DNA of 56,951 nucleotides, filler included, from Sluysia triapertura (lineage: Eukaryota): NCBI GenBank assembly GCA_046118255.1. It is 4 parts of 4 records of this genome, joined end to end, with 100 filler letters (N's around TTAATTAATTAA, not from the genome) between each part and the next. Parts side by side here need not be neighbours in the genome. Positions count along the whole stretch, not along the records: positions 38,464 to 56,951 come from JBJNIA010143055.1; 3 more parts are not named here. One strand, given 5' to 3'. The position numbers were made by a program, and so were the translations under genes. This document shows positions 50,560 through 56,951 of this stretch, in pieces; position 1 is the first letter of the stretch, and the number at the start of each line of letters is the position of its first letter. The notes below the pieces were generated by a model. The model made no database searches. It saw only the letters and a list, made by a program, of their open reading frames with translations, and was not told the origin of the DNA.

Positions 50560-51904
50560 GTATTCAACCCATATATTACGTTTTCAATTCAAAGTAAAAA
50601 ATTTTATTTTTAGATTTTTATTTTTTTATTATTTTGTGTAAAAAATAAAATTATAAAAATATTATAAAATTTATTAAAATTGTATTATTTTAAATTACTA
50701 TTTCAATTATTATAAAATTAAAAAATACCTAAAAAGAAACTTCTCTAAAGAAGTTTGTTTAATTAAATTAAATTTTAAAAAATGTCTTTATGTCTATATA
50801 AAGACAAACAAAGAAATTAGTACGCCATATGTAAGTAAAAACTCCATAATTAAAAAACAAAGCCGAAACTCAATTCGCCAGATAAAGAAATCGTAAATTA
50901 GAGTTCGTCAATTTTGGTAAAGAAAATCAAATTATCTGCGACATCATTCGGCCCGCATTATTAATTCGTGCACGTCAGTTTCAAACTTATTCTTCCATTT
51001 ATTTTGTGCGATCCCGCGTATTCGATTAGAGGGTTTGCATTTCCTAAATAGCAGCAACTCGATCGTTCAATCTAAATTCAAGCAACATCACCGGAAATGA
51101 AATTATATTATTAATTAAATTCGTAAGTTTGATTTGCATAAGTTTATAAACTCCCATAGAGCAATAAAATCCACTTAAAATACTGTTTTCCAAGGTTGGT
51201 CATTAAGGCCAATCATAAAATCAAACTAAAATATAAAATCTCAAATCTTTAGTTGGCCCTTAAGGTCAATTACAAAATCAGTATCACAGGGTAGAGTCTT
51301 TTGGCTAGACCCTTATTATAGTTGAATTATTATTGCTATTATAAATTTATCATTTTTAATATATTTGTATTATTAACATTCATTTTTCGTTGGATTTTTA
51401 TAAATTTATATTAATTTTATTTTAGTCGTATTTTTGGTGTAATAAAAATATTTTTTTGAATCCTTTTATTTGAATTAAGTTTGAATTAATTACTCTTTTT
51501 GAATTACTCTATTTTTCGAATAATTTACAATTAAATATAAATTTTTAATCTAGGATTTATTGATTGTAATATTATCTCATTAAGTTTTAAAAGTTCTAAA
51601 GGTTTAGATTTCAAGATATAAGAGACGACACGTTTTTATACCATCATTATTTACTTGATTTTTATATTAATTAGTTTTAAGTTATTTATTGTTAATTGAC
51701 ATAAAATAATTGACGATTTTGCCAATTATTGTTAAGTTAAGGTAAAGAATATTTTTGTACGATTAATTTTGATAACTGTTTTCACGTAATTTTACAGGTA
51801 CGCCATTAGTAAGTCGTATACTGTAAATGGACCAGAATAATTGATTATTTTGCTGTAGGTTAGGTTGTTAGATTAAGAAAGACACCTAGAATTATTAATA
51901 TACA
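50560..51904 (+). mobile_element. Solo LTR-like repeat, copy B
   Basis: Collinear with 35728-36930; TATA box near 50795 followed by TTAGT; ends TATACA. Left boundary approximate. Confidence 0.65.
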
Positions 51905-52032
51905 TGCCTTTTATTTAAAACGAAGCCCTCTTCGAAATATTTACGGATGTCAGCAAATAATCAGTATTTTAATATATAAAAACCATACAAATTCTTTGTT
52001 TTATATTCAAGAAACAACAGAAAAACGAGAAA

Positions 52033-53183
52033 TGTTACGTGATATATTCAAAGTGCTGTGGTTTTATGTCCTAAATTTAACCTAATCAGCAAAATAGATA
52101 AGTAGCGTTCGCCAACAATATACGACTTACAAATGGCGTATTTGTAGGTACATGAACGTAATTAATGTATAAGAAATTTAATGGGATACCTTACTAGCTA
52201 ATTAGAATCATTATAATTAGAAAAATCGGTGTGTTTCTTATTTGTAAGACGTATTTTATGTTAAGACGTATTTTTTATTTTAAAAAATTATATGAAATCG
52301 TTCAACAGTTAGTGTTCCAATTCTTTTTTAAATTATAAAATATGCAACTAAATAACAAATAGTCATAAAACCTATTGTAAACAATGTTAGCAAAGTTATA
52401 CAAAATAATGGTAACAACAATAGCAATAATGTAACAATAAGTTATTTATACGATGATAATAACAAAAAATGTGAATTTAATATGTGGATAAATTAAAAAC
52501 AATGATAATAATAATAATGAGAAAGACCTAGTCTAATAAAGGCTCGGTAGAATTTTTATTAAAGAGTTTAAGATGATTTTATCATTGGCCTAAGGACCAA
52601 CGGAAATACGAGTAGATTAAGTAATATTTCTTAACTCTTGTGAGTTTGCACAATTTATAAAACTTAGACTTGAATAATAATCGACACGATAAATTATGAT
52701 TTTCCATGAATATTTGTGTGACTTGAATTGCAATCTGGACAATTATTTTGATATACCAATGGTCGTCTGTGAATCGTTGATAAAATTCGTTTTTGATCAA
52801 AAATTCGTTGTACGTAAATTCGTTGTTCACTCACTCGTGAAATTTTCACTAACTATTTTCTTTGTGAATTTCTTTTTGTGTAACTACTATTTTTGTAATG
52901 ATATGTATAGTATAACCGCCACAAAGAGCCATATTAATTTTTTTGATTTATTTAAACTATTTAATTCTGGAATGCTCTTTTTTAAAATAATTTAATTTTA
53001 ATCATAATTTTTATTATAATTTTCTTAAGTAATAATAATTTTTATAATTTTTAATAATATTTTTAATTTTTACAATATTTATAATTTCTTTACAAATGAC
53101 ATAAAATATAAAACATAAATAATAAAATATAAAAAAACTTTATACAAACACAATATCATAATTAAATTTTATATAACCTTACA
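52033..53183 (-). mobile_element. Solo LTR-like repeat, copy C (diverged, tail-to-tail with copy B)
   Basis: Minus-strand termini TGTAAGG...GTAACA; carries TACGCCATTTGTAAGTCGTATA and TTGGTCCTTAGGCCAAT homologs. Confidence 0.65.
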
Positions 53184-54773
53184 AAAGTTAAAAAATGTTT
53201 GAGCATAATTTATTATTTTAATATTCTAATTCACAATAAATTACTTGATTTAAGTATTACTCTTCTGAAAATTAAGAATTAATTTCGTGAGAGCAATTGG
53301 ACACAAAAGTTATGATTTTAGATTTAGAAGGACGATTGGAAAAATTTGAAGCAAATTTTATTAATATTTAACAAAATGTTTAAATTAAAAATTATTTCTA
53401 TCTCATGCGATTTGCAGTTAATCAGAGTGAAAATCAAGCATCGTATTTGGATGATGATGACGATGACGCAATGAAGTATATGGAAGATTTAATAACTGAG
53501 CAATACAGGAAAGAAAATCATTTTTATAATGTGATTATGCAGACACATCATTTTGTTATAATAGCAAAAAATATTGGATGCTAATATCCAGAAAATTAAA
53601 ATCAAATTTAGTGAATCATGTTATGAGAAGTTAAGGGTTCCAGAATTAGTTTTAATGACTTAGGATCAATCATACAGATGTCACAATTTAATGTCGAAAG
53701 TTTATCACTAATGGAAAGAATTATGTTAATCAGTCTTGTATTTAAATTTAATTTTAAAATTTAAATTGAATTTAAAATTTAACGCCATCTTGAAGTCTGG
53801 CAAAACTTTAATAGATTTTAACATGGTAATTGACCCGAATAAAAAATAACCAAATGATCAATTACATTAATTCCACAAACAAAAAGTTCTTAGTCTAACT
53901 ACAATCAGGAACTTTTAATATATAAGCAAATTGATTTCAAAATATTACTGGTTTTATACTAGGTTTACACGGTATTTTCATTAAAAAATAAATTTGTTAA
54001 TCATTTTTTATTGGTTTAATAAAAGTTCTGAATAGAAAATTGATTTCTTTAAATTCAACTCTATTTGAGTATTTGAATGCACAAAATTAATTAAATACAT
54101 CTACCTGGTATTCGTATTTATAAAGGTAATAAAAATGCAAAAAATATTATTCTATTTGCAGTCTTATTGTAACAAAAACAATAATTCATTGTGTGATTAA
54201 AAGGTGTTTTTAGCTGCAGAAAGCAAATATGCAAATAAATAACATTATAATGAGCTCTAAGAACTGTTAAAAAGATGCAGCTAATTAAACATACAATGTT
54301 TAGAACAAGTATAAGTTAAAATAATCAATTTATAACGAATCATATGTTATATAAGTTGCAACACAAGTATGAAAAATTATAACAATAATGGTAGATAGTA
54401 TCAACAATATAGATGTGATGGGCGTAAGACGTTAATTTTGATCAGATTAATTAAATTATAGAAATCTAAAAAGGTATAAATGTTTAATTTAAAAAAGGAT
54501 TGGACGTAAGGTCCTATATTGCATTATTTAGTATAAAAATTAGTGAAAACTTATACTTTGGGAGGATTAATTTAAGAAATTTCAAATAATTATCCTCAAA
54601 CAAAAAAGAACTCAAATAATGTCATGTATTGCAGTGATAAAAACAAAATTAATATAAAATTAACTAAAACCAATCACGGTTTTGCAAGAATTTAATAACT
54701 TTTGTAGTCTAAGAAAATGGTTATCAAAGACATCATTTTGGAATCCGTGAATATGATCTATTCCAGCCGCTTA

Positions 54774-55783
54774 CTAACCATACAAACAGCAGGTAGGATA
54801 GTAGCTATATAAACTATGTGGCATACAACCTTTGAAAGGAACAATACTTTTTGCACAACTACAAAATTTAAAATCTATAAAACCAAAATTGAAAATTTGA
54901 GTTACAGTATGATCAAGTTTATCGAAAACCACAGAAATAGCACAATTTGGTTTTCCTATTTGTGAACACATTAAAATTATAAAATTGTACAAGTTTACTG
55001 AATCATTTATTAAACCCATATTGTCTAAATTTTTAAAGTCACTATTACTAGATGTAGAAATTCTGATAGAACAAGAAAAATCAACTAATCTCATTTAATT
55101 TTCTTGCGACAATCTCTTAAATTTAAAATGATCAACTAGGAGTTCGTCAGACTCCTTATAATAACAAATGTAGTTTCGTAGAACATTTTCATTTACCGAA
55201 AATTTATAATCATTGATAAACATATTTGTTAGATCGAGTGGCATCAATAAAGTAGGAATAAAATTCTTACTAATTAACATAATTTGAAAATTGAATAAAC
55301 ATTTAGTAAAGTTTTCATGCAAACAAAAATAAAAATTATGGAGATTATACAAAACATTAGATAACACTGATAAGACTTCAATGTTTGAAAAATAGCAATC
55401 TGTTTCTTACATCGCCGACATTATTCGAAGAAAATCAGCTGGTTTCAGCATACCACAGTACAATTTACAATTCTACTCCGTAATTCTATCAAAACTTTTA
55501 CAAAGATAAAGTAGAATCTATACTTTATAATCTATAAACTACATTGCACGGATTTTGTGTCAGAATCTTCTAAGTTAATTCCATTTATTTGTACCGTTTT
55601 TCTATTATTTTCAGAAGTTTTTTGAAAATATATACTTTGATAGTTTAATGTTAGTTTATGAGCTTGAATCACTGAACCCATTGTTTTGAAGGCAACATCA
55701 GTCAAAAATCTTTCTCTTTGGAAGTGAGACATAATCTTAAAAGCACATCCTTCTTTTTTTGTAAATTTTACAATTTTAAACAT
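54774..55783 (-). pseudogene. BTB-BACK (kelch-like family) pseudogene
   Basis: FQRERFLTDVAFKTMGSVIQAHKLTLNYQSIYFQK is a BTB signature; then MLKPADFLRI and NFQIMLISKNF...INDYKFSVNENVL (BACK-like); stops and frameshifts, no obvious introns. Confidence 0.8.
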
Positions 55784-56179
55784 TTTTAAAAAATCCTCAT
55801 AATTATACCATGATAAAACAAAAATGTAACATATACTTATAATTTTACAATTATCAAAACTATATACAAATTGCGGTCAAAAAGTCAGAAAAAATATATA
55901 AAATAATAGTTATGATTAATCAATATTTAATATACAGTTGTAAACAAAAATTGAAGCTTTATCATTGAGAATAAATTTTATCAATGATTTAAATATTTCA
56001 TAAAATTTTGGGATTTAAATTACCAAAGATTTTATAAAATATTAGTATTGGTTATTCATAGTACGTACCGTGTAAAAATAAATAGCAAAATAAAATATAG
56101 AGAAACAAATCAGCGCACTAACTGGCAGTGGTCACGAATGTCGGCGGTACATTGTTTAATTATGTCTAGTAAATAAATT

Positions 56180-56951
56180 ACGTGATTCTAAATTCTCTAC
56201 TGCATTTAAAGCGCATCTGGCCTTTTCTTCTTCGTCGGTATCTATCAAAAAGACTTTCTACTTTTTGTGATCTATTCCATTTGAAAGCATATATATGTAA
56301 TTATGTCCTAAACCCGCACCTGCTACTTTTATTGGTAGCAGACTGGTACAAAAAAGCATGTTCTAAATTCCAGTTATTTTGTTGAAGCATTAATTTTCTG
56401 GAAACAAAGCATAATACATTATTTAATACATATGTCAAAGGTTCCGATCTTATCCATAATGTTACAGAAATTTTTATTGAATTATTTAATGATGTACACC
56501 CGTATTTTAAAGAAAATATAAAGGTTTTAATTAACATGTAAGCATCATAAGCTTGGACAACAAAATATTTTCCATTACATCCACCATAGCTAGTAAATTG
56601 CGACTTCACTAAACATGCATGACGTATCACTTTAAAAAGTACCGTAAATTTTGAGTTTCCAGTTAATCTTCGTAGGTTAACTGTTTTACTATACATCGTT
56701 AACAAGATCAAACTCGTAAGAAGCATAAAAGGTTTTACAAAGGGTTCTGCTTAAACATTTTTAAAAATGCGTACGTCTACATAATAAATTATAGACGAAA
56801 TTAGAATTTCACGCGTGCTGCTAAGGTGGACGAAGGAGGCGATATCAACAAGAACACGCATGATTCATTTATAATTGCAAGAAAAGTAGTACTTAATGCT
56901 AAGAATAAAACGTAAAATTGCAAGTGAGTCCACCAACGTATTGGTCTTACT
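56180..56951 (-). pseudogene. Disrupted coding region of uncertain identity
   Basis: Long nearly open frame. The 5' part (PIRWW...PPSSTLAAREILISSI...VR) weakly recalls phosphatidylserine synthase; the 3' part (YMLIKTF...LTYVLNNVLCFVS.....NNWNLE) weakly recalls a Mab-21/cGAS-like C-terminus. Confidence 0.35.

Noticed and set aside
53310-53720. Stop-riddled coding-like stretch (also ~49600-49990, 28600-28790)
   Set aside because: No family could be recognised with confidence.

Overview
Very AT-rich animal (invertebrate) nuclear DNA made of four contigs (1-15544, 15645-27076, 27177-38363, 38464-56951) joined by artificial 100-nt N44-TTAATTAATTAA-N44 spacers, so adjacency across gaps is not necessarily biological. 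Introns, where visible, are tiny (35-76 nt), as in compact parasitic spiralian genomes (inference only). Recognisable host coding pieces: a two-EF-hand protein, two 3' exons of a HUNK-like kinase, the first exon of an Inactive/OSM-9-type TRPV channel and two orphan exons. Much of the rest is decayed mobile DNA: Tc3-like, mariner DD34D, maT DD37D and DD39D-like Tc1/mariner elements, hAT, Ty3/Gypsy pol, an L2 LINE, solo LTRs and MITE-like palindromes. The most unusual signal is a multicopy 'gene cassette' architecture found in three separate contigs: a G-depleted C/A-rich leader of about 0.3-0.6 kb, then AAT repeats, a hairpin and an inverted-repeat CCAAT promoter-like block, followed by a diverged and usually disrupted ORF. 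The cargo differs: Unkempt-type CCCH finger with or without acidic repeats, a GT31 galactosyltransferase-like ORF, and an unknown family with possible MATH/Mab-21-like motifs. In contig 3 two cassettes form a mirrored, convergent unit of about 5.3 kb with no recognisable transposase. All homology calls are by eye; no searches were run.
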